A stretch of DNA of 64,000 bases from Methanomethylovorans hollandica DSM 15978 (GCF_000328665.1 NC_019977.1:1116001-1180000); one strand, 5' to 3'. Shown: positions 42,683 through 53,681, numbered from the stretch's first letter. Made by a program: numbers and translations. The notes: generated from the sequence alone by a model not told the origin.

Positions 42683-43702
42683 TTAACTGTCATTTAATTT
42701 TTCAAGACGAACAATATAACCAGCATTTTTCAGTACCTTAGCAATAGTCAAGGCTTCCTTTCCAATTTCATTAATTGTTACGTACAGAATCCCTTGCAAA
42801 TCTCAAGGCATAGTTACATTTCCACACATCAAAGCACAAACCTTATTGCGACCCAACGCTCCAATTAACAATCCATGTTCAAAAATAACATTTTGTCTTG
42901 CGCGAGGTTCTTCTTCCCCTCCAGTTATTTTTCCGACATCTTCTGGAGTATAGATTACAAAACAAAAATCAACAGTCATAGATATTGTTTCTAAATACTC
43001 AATAATTGTCAATCCTTTTGCACTTTCGGGTTCCAACACCTCAGGTTCAAAATCCATTTTCTTTAATATTTGTACCAATTTATCTCTTATATGGTGGTTC
43101 CTTCCATGAACAACAAAAACACGTCTACCATAATTGACGGCTTTTAAAGCAGCAATGATCCTAAAAACTTTATCAAAAAACTCATCTGCAGAAATATTGA
43201 CCTCTTTTACAAATTCGGCGTCATTCGGATTTAAGTAATAATATTCAGATGGTCTCTGATACCAAGAGTGTTTACTAGTTTTAGTAAGAGGGGCAACAAA
43301 TACTTTTTTTCTATCCAAAAAAGCTCTACGAATGCACTCAGCAGTCCCTTTACCACCACCAATGGCTATCAACAGATCTGCTTTTTGAACGAGTAATGCT
43401 CTTTCTTCTAACCACCAACGACATTTGGGAAGTTTTATGACTTTTCCGATTTCTGGAATCTGGGAAATTTTTTCGGGTAATAAAAAAGTAATATAATTTT
43501 TTGGATTTTTACCCGTTTCTTTGCATAATCGTGCGATTTCGTTAGCGATCAAAAAGTCATATTCCCCAAGAGTAGTCAATATTACATGGTGGTCCTCAGA
43601 TAGTAAATGCCTTGCAAAAGAAAGACAAAAATTATCCACCAGTTCTTTTTCATTTGGTAAATCTCGATTTTTACTCCAACCACCTTGAAAAAGTATATTC
43701 AT
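42683..43702 (-). pseudogene. SLOG-like domain fused to a TIR-like nucleotide-binding domain, interrupted by an in-frame TGA at 42803-42805
   Basis: ER..LV..AD.LIAIGGGKGT (SLOG); VFVVHG, TIIE.LE, TPED.G, RARQNVIFEHG (TIR-like); frame continues after P* as DLQGILY...KVLKNAGY to TAA at 42683. Confidence 0.75.
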
Positions 43703-43839
43703 AACCCTAGCCTCTTGACAATTAAGTTTAATTCGTCTTTTATTCTTTAAAGACTATTTTTTAACTGATCAATATTTAAGAATCCTTAGATAATTAAACG
43801 TATTCATCTAAAATATTATTGATGGAATAGCTACCTATA

Positions 43840-45093
43840 GGTAGTGTCCCTATTTTGCTGTAAATTCCCCTGTACCCTGTATGATCTTAATCTTCCATAT
43901 TTAAATATCTGTTTCCAGTGATCCACTCTTCATTGATATCGATCAATATTGAGACTGAAAGTCTCAATAGAGCTTCTTCATTGGGAAATGCACCAATGAC
44001 TTTACTTCTTCTTTTAAGTTCCCTGTTTACACATTCTAGGATGTTAGTAGTTCTTATCTTTCTACAATGCTCTTTTGGAAATGCCTGACAGTTATGAGTA
44101 CCGAAGTGGAATCTGGCCAATGTTTCAATAGCCTTGTTTAACTTTCTTTCCCCTAGGTATTCTACCACTTTAGATAACTGCAATGGATCTTCCATAGCTT
44201 CCTTTATCTTCTCTGCTACTTCCTTTTGATGCTTTTTTGGTATTGTCTTCAATACAGCTCTTATCAAATGCACATGACACATCTGCCAGCTAGATCCCGG
44301 AAATGAAGTTGTTACTGCTCTCTGGAGACCTTTGTGACCATCTGAGATGATCATTTCTACTCCTCTTAGTCCTCTTTTCTTAAGGTCAGTAAAGAGATCT
44401 TCCCTAAACATTGCATCTTCTCCATCTGCTATCCTTGCTCCCAGAATTTCCATATATCCATCTTTCCTCACACCTGCAACTACAAACAAAGCTTTGTTTG
44501 TATATCGCGCGCTATCCCTTATATTAAAGTAAGTAGCATCAACTAACAGGTACTTGATCCCCTGTTCTATTGGTTTAGAAATAAATTCTCGAACCTTCTC
44601 ATCCAGTTCCTGAGTGATCCTTGATACTCTGGAAGCAGAGACGTTCTCAATTCCTAGCTGAGAGATGATATGCTTTATTTTTCTAGTAGACACTCCTTGC
44701 AGATACGATTCCATTATAGCATTTGCTAATGCTTTTTCAGTTCGAGAATATCTTTCGAATACTTGAGTTTGGAATGGAATTTCACGTAACTGAGGTTTCA
44801 ACAACTCAAGTGTTCTATGTCTGGTTGTCAGTGATCGTTTTCTATAACCGTTTCTTTGAACATTCCTGCTATCATTCCTTTCATATGTATCTGCACCAGA
44901 CTGCTGTAAGGCTTCAAATTCCATAACCGGGTTCAAGAACCAGGTTATGAGGGTTCTTACAGAATCTTCACCATCGACGAAGTAATCTTCTAACAGGTCA
45001 TATAGATTCATGGTCCTGTACCTTCCTAGTTGTTTGCAATATTCTAATAAGGTACAGGACTATCACATTTTACAGCAAAATAGATACGCTACC
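43840..45093 (-). mobile_element. IS256-family insertion sequence (1254 bp)
   Basis: 25-bp TIRs at 43840-43864 and 45069-45093 (22/25 match) enclosing a transposase; no target duplication seen. Confidence 0.92.
43887..45011 (-). CDS. IS256-family DDE transposase
   Basis: RNGYR.R, GVSTRK, VDATY, ISDGHKG, WQMC.VH, TTNILE..N.ELKRR motifs. Confidence 0.95.
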   Translation of the reverse strand: MNLYDLLEDYFVDGEDSVRTLITWFLNPVMEFEALQQSGADTYERNDSRNVQRNGYRKRSLTTRHRTLELLKPQLREIPFQTQVFERYSRTEKALANAIMESYLQGVSTRKIKHIISQLGIENVSASRVSRITQELDEKVREFISKPIEQGIKYLLVDATYFNIRDSARYTNKALFVVAGVRKDGYMEILGARIADGEDAMFREDLFTDLKKRGLRGVEMIISDGHKGLQRAVTTSFPGSSWQMCHVHLIRAVLKTIPKKHQKEVAEKIKEAMEDPLQLSKVVEYLGERKLNKAIETLARFHFGTHNCQAFPKEHCRKIRTTNILECVNRELKRRSKVIGAFPNEEALLRLSVSILIDINEEWITGNRYLNMED

Positions 45094-45122
45094 GATCATA
45101 AGGTTTAATGTAGTCCATAATT

Positions 45123-46841
45123 ATGTTAATATCTAAGGTGGAGGGGCTAAAATTGGATGATGAATTAACAACAAATCAAATACGTCTTTTGTATCTGATT
45201 CATAAATCTAACACTAACACAATTATCCAAGGAATAACTGTTTTCAGAAATGCTGTTTATATACTGTCGAAAAAACATATCTATTCTTATACCGATTTCA
45301 AACCCATAAATCATGGAGGTATAGGTAGTTCTTCTATTGAACTTAACTCTGATCTTAACCTGCTAATTGGAAGTAATCTCATTGAAAAAAAATTAGAGCC
45401 AGGGCCATATACTCGAATGTGTAGTCTTATAATAACAGATAAAGGAAAAGATCTCATTAAAAATTTGATTTTTGACTCAATTGACTCTTTTCTCAATGAT
45501 TTAAATGCGGATGTTATGAAATCAGAAAGTCAATGTAAACCTGGTTCACTTGAATACTACACTAAAATATCAGTTAAACTGCGATCAGAAGTAAGTGTAT
45601 ACTTTGATATGCAAGTTCAAGGTGCAGCCAATGTAAGTTGGGAAGAAGCTTTTTTTAAATATTCAAATGAGGCACAAATACATCTTTTCTTTGTAACTTG
45701 GATACCAATAGGTCCGCTTCATTTTGAGAGGTTATATCAAGATATTAAAAGAGGGTCACCTTGCACAATTGAACAAAAAATATCGGAAAATAATGCAGAA
45801 AAATGTGATTCAAAAGAAATCAAACAAAATGAGATATGGTGTTCCAAGATTATTCAATTCAATGAATTTAGCAATTCTGACTTTATTCTAGAGAAAGATT
45901 TACATATAGAATACGTAATCGGATCACCTTTTGGAAATTTAGGTGTTGAATTACATCGTGATGGAGTAATTATTGTTGGGATTAGTACTAACGAGTTTGA
46001 TGAAAATATATTAGATATCATAAAGAAAATTTCAATAAATCATTTATTTTCAATTATGAGTGACATTCAACTTGACATGTTTGTTTTTTCGAAAAGCAAT
46101 GGAATTGACAAAAGAATAGACATACCTGGCAATTTCTTTGCAATATGCAACAATCATTTTTATAATAAGCTTGAAAACGAAGAGTATAAAACTAAAAACA
46201 AATTAAATAGTAATAATAAAAACTTAATTTCTTATATAAGTATATCCCATTCAAATGATGTCATAAAGCAATTGATTTATACAAATATTATCAAGACTAT
46301 CGATGATCTCATAATGGAATTGTTCCTTTTGTTGTGGGCAATTTGGAATCGTGATTTACAGAGCTTAAACAGCGAACTCATGGAAAATATAGATGCAAAA
46401 AGATTAAAATCAATAAAAGATAGGACCAATAAGATTCGAAAAGATCTTATTGATATAAATTTGATTTCAGAGTATCTCCACGAAGTAATTTCCCATAAAC
46501 GAAGCGAAATTTATAAGATGCCAGATTTCAAAAAAGAAAAGATTGATTTATTACAATGGAAACTTAATGACTTAAATCGCTTAGTAAAATCTTCTATAGA
46601 TTACCATGACAAAACTAACGAGCTAATAAGTGCACATTATGAAGATATTAATTCAGAGTATGATCAAAAAAGAAATCTATCGATGAACTTTTTAAATTCA
46701 ATAGTTTCTGCTACTGTTGTATCCAGTATTTTATTGGAATTTATGCCAAATTTCCGAGCAGTGTTAATTCTTCTTCCAGCTTTGTCAATCTTAGGCTATA
46801 TAGCATATAAAATAATTATGTATTTTCATTCAAATATGTAG
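45123..46841 (+). CDS. Hypothetical protein: wHTH-like N-terminus, long helical stalk, two C-terminal TM helices
   Basis: 572-aa ORF in AT-rich DNA; hydrophobic segments at the C-terminus. Confidence 0.8.
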   Translation: MLISKVEGLKLDDELTTNQIRLLYLIHKSNTNTIIQGITVFRNAVYILSKKHIYSYTDFKPINHGGIGSSSIELNSDLNLLIGSNLIEKKLEPGPYTRMCSLIITDKGKDLIKNLIFDSIDSFLNDLNADVMKSESQCKPGSLEYYTKISVKLRSEVSVYFDMQVQGAANVSWEEAFFKYSNEAQIHLFFVTWIPIGPLHFERLYQDIKRGSPCTIEQKISENNAEKCDSKEIKQNEIWCSKIIQFNEFSNSDFILEKDLHIEYVIGSPFGNLGVELHRDGVIIVGISTNEFDENILDIIKKISINHLFSIMSDIQLDMFVFSKSNGIDKRIDIPGNFFAICNNHFYNKLENEEYKTKNKLNSNNKNLISYISISHSNDVIKQLIYTNIIKTIDDLIMELFLLLWAIWNRDLQSLNSELMENIDAKRLKSIKDRTNKIRKDLIDINLISEYLHEVISHKRSEIYKMPDFKKEKIDLLQWKLNDLNRLVKSSIDYHDKTNELISAHYEDINSEYDQKRNLSMNFLNSIVSATVVSSILLEFMPNFRAVLILLPALSILGYIAYKIIMYFHSNM

Positions 46842-47151
46842 TATTACAATTTTGGGCTCTCTTCAACATCGTGTGGGTAATTGCATCACCAGTATATCAC
46901 CAATGCCCCATATAATAACAATTCACTGTATACTAAATATCCGCTGAAATTAGGAATCAACATCATGTAGCGTAGTTGTCAAGGCCACCAAAAAATGTTC
47001 AGTAAATCAGAACACTCTTTTACTCCAAATCCCTTCCGAATTTTCCCATTCAATGCTGTGGAGAGCCCAATTTTTCTCCTTTCCTTCTTTCCCATCCCCT
47101 AAACATATTTATCCGATCCTGCCTTCTCTTATCTAAGAAGGTGGAAATAAA

Positions 47152-48672
47152 ATGCAGTTAAAAGTACAGCCTATTGATATCAAGGTCGGTAAATTCAAGG
47201 TGGTTTTGAATAATCTGGATGCCAAGGAGCTTGGCGTCAATCCCGGGGACAGGGTCAGGATAAAGAATCATACGACTGTTACTGCTATTGTTGATTTCAC
47301 GGAGGATATGATCTCTCCGGGGATGATCGGACTTTATCATGAGGTGCAGGAACAGCTGCACAGGGAATGGACAGAGACCGTGGAAGTGGAGCCTGCCGAG
47401 AAGCCCAAGTCTGCACGTATCATCAGGAAGGTCATGGATCAGCAGAAGCTTACCAAGGAAGAAATCTATGAGCTTGTAAAGGATATTACGGAAGAGAACC
47501 TCACCGATATAGAGGTCTCAGCATTCCTTACTGCTTCCTATATAAATGATATGACAGAGGAAGAGACCGAATGGCTGACCAGGGCCATGGTGGATTCCGG
47601 AGAGAAGATAGAGTTTGACATGCATCCCATTGTGGACAAGCACTCTATCGGAGGCGTACCAGGCAACAAGATCACCCTGCTCATAGTGCCTATCGTGGCA
47701 GCCAATGGCCTGCTCATACCAAAGACCAGCTCCAGGGCAATAACAGGGGCCGGAGGCACTGCCGATCTCATGGAAGTACTGGCTCCCGTGGAATTCACTG
47801 CATCCCAGATCAAGGAAATGACCCAGAAGGTCGGAGGTGTCATAGTATGGGGAGGAGCCACCAACATAGCCCCTGCCGATGATAAACTCATCAAGGTGGA
47901 ATATCCACTCTCCATAGATCCCCACTGCCAGTTGCTCGCATCCATCATGGCAAAGAAGAGTGCAGTGGGAGCGGACAAAGTGGTCATAGACCTGCCCATG
48001 GGTTCCGGTACCAAGATACCGGATATGGCTACCGGACGCAAGCTCGCCCGGGACCTCATGAGTCTGGGAGAGCGTCTGGGCATGGAAGTTGACTGTGCCC
48101 TTACCTATGGTTCATCACCTGTGGGAAGGACCATCGGTCCGGCCCTGGAAGTTCGGGAAGCTCTTAAAGTGCTGGAAAGCATGGAAGGTCCTAACAGCTT
48201 TATTGAGAAAAGTGTTGGCCTTGCAGGTATGCTTCTGGAGATGGGCGGTGCAGCAGCCCGGGGACAGGGACACGACCTGGCACTGGAGACTCTCCAAAAC
48301 GGTAAAGCTCTGGCCAAGTTCAAGGAGATCATAGCCATACAGGGTGGCGATCCCAACGTAACCAGCAACGATATACAAATCGGTGAATTCAGTGCAGAGG
48401 TAAAAGCTCCCAGCAATGGATATATCATTGAGTTCCGCAACAAGCGCATAGTACAGATCGCAAGGCTGGCGGGTGCGCCAAACGACAAAGGCGCTGGTGT
48501 GTATATCCATAGAAAACTTGGCGAATCCGTAAAGCAGGGTGAACCCGTTATAACCATCTATGCAGAAAAAGAGGCAAAACTGCAGGCAGCTCTCAAGAGT
48601 GCCAGACAGGACCCCCCATTGATCGTGGAAGGCATGCTTATTGAAAGGCTGACCGATATCCGCGAGGTTTAA
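47152..48672 (+). CDS. AMP phosphorylase (thymidine phosphorylase family)
   Basis: DKHSIGGVPGNK, PKTSSRAITG..GTAD, ASIMAKK motifs. Confidence 0.95.
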   Translation: MQLKVQPIDIKVGKFKVVLNNLDAKELGVNPGDRVRIKNHTTVTAIVDFTEDMISPGMIGLYHEVQEQLHREWTETVEVEPAEKPKSARIIRKVMDQQKLTKEEIYELVKDITEENLTDIEVSAFLTASYINDMTEEETEWLTRAMVDSGEKIEFDMHPIVDKHSIGGVPGNKITLLIVPIVAANGLLIPKTSSRAITGAGGTADLMEVLAPVEFTASQIKEMTQKVGGVIVWGGATNIAPADDKLIKVEYPLSIDPHCQLLASIMAKKSAVGADKVVIDLPMGSGTKIPDMATGRKLARDLMSLGERLGMEVDCALTYGSSPVGRTIGPALEVREALKVLESMEGPNSFIEKSVGLAGMLLEMGGAAARGQGHDLALETLQNGKALAKFKEIIAIQGGDPNVTSNDIQIGEFSAEVKAPSNGYIIEFRNKRIVQIARLAGAPNDKGAGVYIHRKLGESVKQGEPVITIYAEKEAKLQAALKSARQDPPLIVEGMLIERLTDIREV

Positions 48673-48680
48673 CGGGTACA

Positions 48681-49217
48681 GTGAACATCATGCAAAGAAT
48701 AGTGATCTTACGTCTAGGACACAGGGCCTTCAGGGACAAGCGTATAACCACGCATGTAGGGCTGACCGCCCGGGCCCTTGGCGCTGAAGGCATGCTGCTT
48801 GCCTCTGATGACCCCAGCATCAAGCAGAACATCGAGGATGTGGCTGCCCGCTGGGGCGGTGATTTCTATGTCACCAATGACGTGAACTGGAAGCATGAGA
48901 TACGGAAATGGAAAGACGCAGGCGGAAAGGTCTGCCATCTTTCTATGTATGGCATAAACCTTCCGGACGCTGTGGATGAGATAAGACAATGTGAGCAGCT
49001 CATGATAGTTGTGGGTGCAGAAAAGGTACCTTCTGAGATATACGATCTTGCTGACTGGAACATTGCAGTGGGTAACCAGCCCCATTCCGAAGTCGCAGCT
49101 ATTGCCATAACAATGGACCGCATAGCTGCCATGGATCCTCTTAAAAATCAGTTATCAGGAGGACAACTATCCATAGTGCCCATGGAACGAGGAAAAAAGG
49201 TTATCGAAAGACAGTGA
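48681..49217 (+). CDS. tRNA (cytidine(56)-2'-O)-methyltransferase aTrm56
   Basis: LRLGHR..RDKRITTHV.LTARA.GA, VVGAEKVP, NQPHSEVAA motifs. Confidence 0.96.
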   Translation: MNIMQRIVILRLGHRAFRDKRITTHVGLTARALGAEGMLLASDDPSIKQNIEDVAARWGGDFYVTNDVNWKHEIRKWKDAGGKVCHLSMYGINLPDAVDEIRQCEQLMIVVGAEKVPSEIYDLADWNIAVGNQPHSEVAAIAITMDRIAAMDPLKNQLSGGQLSIVPMERGKKVIERQ

Positions 49218-49349
49218 TCTGCCAGGCTTTCTACAATAGCCCAAAAAGTAATAATATATGATCAAAAAGTCAGGAGATGCAACAACTATTGCACCTCTTG
49301 GTATTTAAATACTTATTGACAACAATGAATCTTGACACCATCAATAATA

Positions 49350-49598
49350 TTAGATGGTTGTCTTGTTTATAGTTTCGTTAACAATTTCTGTGGTCTCGTT
49401 AACAATTGTGGTTGTGGTCTCTGCTACTATAGGCACTACTGTTTCGTTTACGGTAGTGTTTATAGTTTCCTTTACCGTTGTTGTGGTATTGTTCACAGTT
49501 TCTTCTACGTTCTTGTCTGCGCAACCGGAAAAGGCCACAAAGCCTATAACCAGCAGTCCCAATAATAGGAAGTTGAATATTTTCTTCAAAGTAGTCAC
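49350..49598 (-). CDS. Small Thr/Asn-rich lipoprotein
   Basis: Signal peptide with FSGC lipobox; repeated NET/NTT sequons; AGGTG RBS. Confidence 0.75.
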   Translation of the reverse strand: MTTLKKIFNFLLLGLLVIGFVAFSGCADKNVEETVNNTTTTVKETINTTVNETVVPIVAETTTTIVNETTEIVNETINKTTI

Positions 49599-50352
49599 CT
49601 AGCTTGTTAATTAATATACATTTATATGAAGTGTCGATTTAGGACCAGCAGGTTTAGCACCATTGTGGAATCCGGCTTTTAAACCCATTAGCCATAATTT
49701 CGAACATTTGACTATTTATTATCTATATAGCACGTATTGCTCTATAGTATAGGTGAATAGCATAATATCGATCTGTTATATATCTTTCGGTTTTGTATCC
49801 GGATCGGTAAATTACATGCCGGATGGATTTTAAATAATTTAGTTTAAGTAAAATATAATTTTTTGTTTTGCAATTGTGCATCTGAATGGGGCATGAATAT
49901 TTATGAAAGTATTATTTTTATCTATCTCGTGTAATACAATATCCTGCAGCATAATATTCTTTTGTTCAAAGGACATGAGAATTCAGCTCTCTTAGATCTT
50001 CTATGGTTTCAAAATATTAACCTGATCGAGCTCTTTTCTAAATGTTTCCGCAGGTATTGGCAGGTATAGCCTTATACTGATAATATTATAGTTAAACACC
50101 GATGGTTTGTAACTTATGAATGCTAAAATCGCATTCAATAGATGGTGATGTTAATACCATAAGTTTCAAACAAATGGTTAATAACTATAATTTGAGAGGA
50201 TTTCAAAAAACCCCGTTATTTTAAAATTATCTTATAGCGTATATAAATTATCAAATAAAAAAGCGCGGTTATTGAAATCCTATTTGATCTATTAGAAGTC
50301 TCTCTCTGTTATTGTTTTAATCCCGATTCATTTCCTACTGAAAACCATTTTT

Positions 50353-50424
50353 AACGCAAAGACGTAAGGTTGCAAAGACGCAAAGCTTGTTATATGCTTC
50401 TTTGCGCCTTCGCGTCCTTGCGTT
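50353..50424. repeat. Imperfect palindrome built from ACGCAAAG units
   Basis: AACGCAAAGACG...ACGCAAAG left arm; CTTTGCGCCTTCGCGTCCTTGCGTT right arm. Confidence 0.7.
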
Positions 50425-50578
50425 GATAAAAAATTATGCAGATCGATTAAAAAAGAGGTTTATCGAAATTCTCTGTGATTGTTTTCCAGAGGTCCAAAAA
50501 GAACTATAAGTATAAAGTCATGTGCATACAAGCATATTTTGCAAAGTGCTTGGATCTTGAAATCACCGGAGAAATCAA

Positions 50579-51424
50579 ATGGTACCTATAGAAACTCTTG
50601 CTATTCTTATTGGACTTGTATCTGCATTGTCATGGGGTGCAGGGGATTTTATAGGAGGGTTTGCTACCAGAAGGACAAGCGCGTATTCTGTGGTTCTGGT
50701 CACTCAAATAATAGGTATTATTATATTCCCGATCCTTGCATTTGTATTTTCAGAGAGCATACCTCCGTTAAACAATCTTTTGTGGGGTGCTTTTGCAGGA
50801 TTTTTTGGAGCTGCAGGGTTGATAGCACTATATATGGGTCTGGCCAAAGGCAAAATGAGTATAGTTTCTCCTCTGGCTGCAGTAATATCAGTGATCATAC
50901 CTGTAATATATTCAGCTTTAAATGAAGGTATACCTTCTATTTTTAAGATCATGGGTTTTATTTTTGCATTTATTGGCATATGGTTCATTGTTAACGTGGA
51001 CCTTGGATCCAATTTAAAATTAACATATCTGGAATATCCCCTGCTTGCAGGTATATTATTTGGTTTGTTCTTTATATCCATTGATAATTTCAGTGCTGCT
51101 GCAATTTACTGGCCATTGACGGTTTCAAGGATCACAGCATTTTTCATGCTCACAGGATTTATGATGTTCACAAAAACTGTCAGTAAAACCACACTTAATG
51201 TAATTCTGGCAGTTATCCTTGCAGGATTGTTTAACACAGGAGGTGCTATCTTGTTTGCTCTGGCCTCAGAAGCTGGGAGATTGGATGTTGCCACAATCCT
51301 GTCATCGCTAAGCCCCGCAGTTACAGTGTTGTTGGCATGTATTGTATTAAATGAACAACTTGCTCCGCGTCAATGGATAGGGGTGATAGCCTCCCTGATC
51401 GCTATAATCCTTATATCCATCTGA
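50579..51424 (+). CDS. EamA/DMT family transporter
   Basis: About 10 TM helices, WGAGDFIGG and VLNEQL motifs. Confidence 0.9.
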   Translation: MVPIETLAILIGLVSALSWGAGDFIGGFATRRTSAYSVVLVTQIIGIIIFPILAFVFSESIPPLNNLLWGAFAGFFGAAGLIALYMGLAKGKMSIVSPLAAVISVIIPVIYSALNEGIPSIFKIMGFIFAFIGIWFIVNVDLGSNLKLTYLEYPLLAGILFGLFFISIDNFSAAAIYWPLTVSRITAFFMLTGFMMFTKTVSKTTLNVILAVILAGLFNTGGAILFALASEAGRLDVATILSSLSPAVTVLLACIVLNEQLAPRQWIGVIASLIAIILISI

Positions 51425-51432
51425 ACTTTGGT

Positions 51433-51770
51433 GAACATCTCGGGCATATGGTGTCAGCTACAGAGGAGTCGATGAAAAGGCTTTTTTTCTGAGAAAGGCC
51501 CTATGCAGAAGTTCTTATAATTAAATTTGATAGTACCCCAGTGGGTTTTGCAGTTTTCTTCCATAACTTTTCTACATTTCCTGGAAAACCCGGATTATAT
51601 CTGGAGGATATATGCGTGCGGAGCACTGTGAAAAAGGGGTTTTAGCTGCTTTGTTCACTGCATGTGTCCGCATAGCCAGGGAATCTGATTGCGGTCACAT
51701 GCAATGGAGTGCTTTGGATTGGAACCCGGCATGTAAGTTCTATGAAAGGTTCGATGCCCGGACCCTTAAA
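51433..51770 (+). pseudogene. Decayed GNAT (diamine N-acetyltransferase-like) gene
   Basis: PVGFAVFFHNFSTF.GKPGLYLED, then a frameshift to MQWSALDWNPACKFYE; in-frame TGA at 51490; 5' end missing. Confidence 0.8.
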
Positions 51771-51782
51771 ACATCTCTGGCA

Positions 51783-52511
51783 CTAAAGCACCTTGCTCAG
51801 GAAAGTGATGGTCCGCTCATTTTGCGCATGGTTGAATATATCCTGCGGAGTTCCTTCTTCCACTATCATGCCATCATCCATGAATAACACTCTGTCACTT
51901 ACTTCCCTGGCAAATCCCATCTCATGGGTAACCACTATCATCGTCATTCCTATTTTTGCAAGGTCGTTCATCACGTTCAACACCTCCCCTACCATTTCAG
52001 GATCAAGGGCCGAGGTTGGTTCATCGAAAAGCATGACTTTAGGGCGCATTGCCAGAGCTCTTGCTATTGCAACACGCTGCTTCTGTCCGCCGGAGAGAGC
52101 AACAGGATACACGTGTGCTTTATCTTCCAACCCAACCTTGCGCAATATTTCCAGTGCTCTTTTTTCTGCTTCTTCCTTAGACAGTTTCCTTACTTTGATA
52201 AGGGCAAGGGATACATTTTCAAGGGTTGTTTTATGCGGGAACAGATTGAAATGCTGGAATACCATTCCGGCTTCCTCTCTGATCCTATTGATATCAATAT
52301 GGGGCTCGGTTATTTTATTTCCATCTATCCATATATCTCCCGATGTGGGCTGTTCCAGAAGATTGATACACCGCAGGAAAGTACTTTTTCCGGATCCGGA
52401 AGGACCTATCACGCAGACGACTTCACTTTCCTTCACATTGACCGATATCCCTTTGAGGACCTGAAGATCTCCAAAGCTTTTGTATAGATCCTTAACTTCT
52501 ATCACTGACAC
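51783..52511 (-). CDS. Polar amino-acid ABC transporter ATPase (GlnQ-like)
   Basis: [35 protein letters not shown] motifs. Confidence 0.95.
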   Translation of the reverse strand: MSVIEVKDLYKSFGDLQVLKGISVNVKESEVVCVIGPSGSGKSTFLRCINLLEQPTSGDIWIDGNKITEPHIDINRIREEAGMVFQHFNLFPHKTTLENVSLALIKVRKLSKEEAEKRALEILRKVGLEDKAHVYPVALSGGQKQRVAIARALAMRPKVMLFDEPTSALDPEMVGEVLNVMNDLAKIGMTMIVVTHEMGFAREVSDRVLFMDDGMIVEEGTPQDIFNHAQNERTITFLSKVL

Positions 52512-53184
52512 CCAGCCTCCTTTCAGAATATGCAACCAGCCTGGAAATTGCAAGGGTCATCACCAGGTACATCAGTGCTATAGCGATGTACACAGGGAAA
52601 GATGCAAAGGTCCTTGAAATATAAAGCTGACCATTCTTTAGCAGTTCATGCACTCCGATTACAGCGAGCAAGGAAGAATCTTTGAGAAGAGCTATGAATT
52701 CATTACCAAGGGGTGGAATTATTCTTCTGAAGGCCTGGGGAAGAATGATCTCTTTCATTGCTATTCTTTCTGTCATACCTAAAGAGCGTGCAGCTTCCAT
52801 CTGGCCTTTGTCTATGGACTGGACACCTGAACGCACGATCTCTGCAATGTAGGCACCGCTGTTTATACTGCACACAATGACACCTGCAAGGATGGGGTCT
52901 ATTGACAGAGGTCTACCTGTTACATTTGAGAAAAGACCGGGAATGCCATAGTAAAAAAGCAGGATCTGCACCAGCAGTGGCGTTCCTCTTATGAAGTCCA
53001 CATAAGCAATGGAAGGATAACGGAAGATCTTTTTACGTGATAATTTTCCAAGTCCTGATATTGTTCCAAGTATAAGACCAAATAATACACCCAGGCTTGT
53101 GACCTCGATGGTCACCATAGATCCCAGGAGAAGATCAGGGAACACTTTGATTATGTGACCGATATATTCGTCCAGGAGTGACAA
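52492..53184 (-). CDS. Polar amino-acid ABC transporter permease
   Basis: [34 protein letters not shown] motifs. Confidence 0.95.
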   Translation of the reverse strand: MSLLDEYIGHIIKVFPDLLLGSMVTIEVTSLGVLFGLILGTISGLGKLSRKKIFRYPSIAYVDFIRGTPLLVQILLFYYGIPGLFSNVTGRPLSIDPILAGVIVCSINSGAYIAEIVRSGVQSIDKGQMEAARSLGMTERIAMKEIILPQAFRRIIPPLGNEFIALLKDSSLLAVIGVHELLKNGQLYISRTFASFPVYIAIALMYLVMTLAISRLVAYSERRLGVSDRS

Positions 53185-53445
53185 CTTGACTACCTCGAAA
53201 TGGATAGGGAAATATTGGAAAAACTGTTTTTATAGCAGCAATACATGGGCTAAATATAAACATAGCGATAAGGACTACTTTTAAGAGGAGACCATCTAAT
53301 TAGCTCCAAATGATCCTTATTCTAATTAGACAATAACTTTTGAAGGATATAACAGCATATTGAAGCACTTCCTGGTAAGTTTGAGGCGAAAATAAAAATA
53401 TTTGCTAAAATATATATACTGCCTTATCTCACATATCTTATATCT

Positions 53446-53612
53446 GCAGGTGTGCTGGAATTTTGTCAATTATCTGAATTGCAGTTATTTGTCAAACATT
53501 AGTATTACTATTCAATATAATAATGGCACATTTTGTAATAAATATTATATTTTGTACCTAGAAAGTTTTAAAAAGAGAAAATGCCTGTTTTTTTCTTGAC
53601 ATCTGTAGAAAG
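53446..53612 (+). repeat. 167-bp direct repeat, copy 1
   Basis: Shares AATTATCTGAATTGCAGTTATTTGTCAAA and AAAAGAGAAAATG.CTGTTTTTTT with 56745-56911. Confidence 0.85.
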
Positions 53613-53681
53613 AAACATATAGGTATATGAGTATACACTGAGATGGCTTTAACTTCCTTATAACGCGTGGAGTGGGCGTGT

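Noticed and set aside
42803..42805. Recoding of the SLOG-TIR stop as selenocysteine or pyrrolysine
   Set aside because: Pyrrolysine uses UAG, not UGA, and Methanosarcinaceae are not known to use selenocysteine. A TCA-to-TGA change is simpler.
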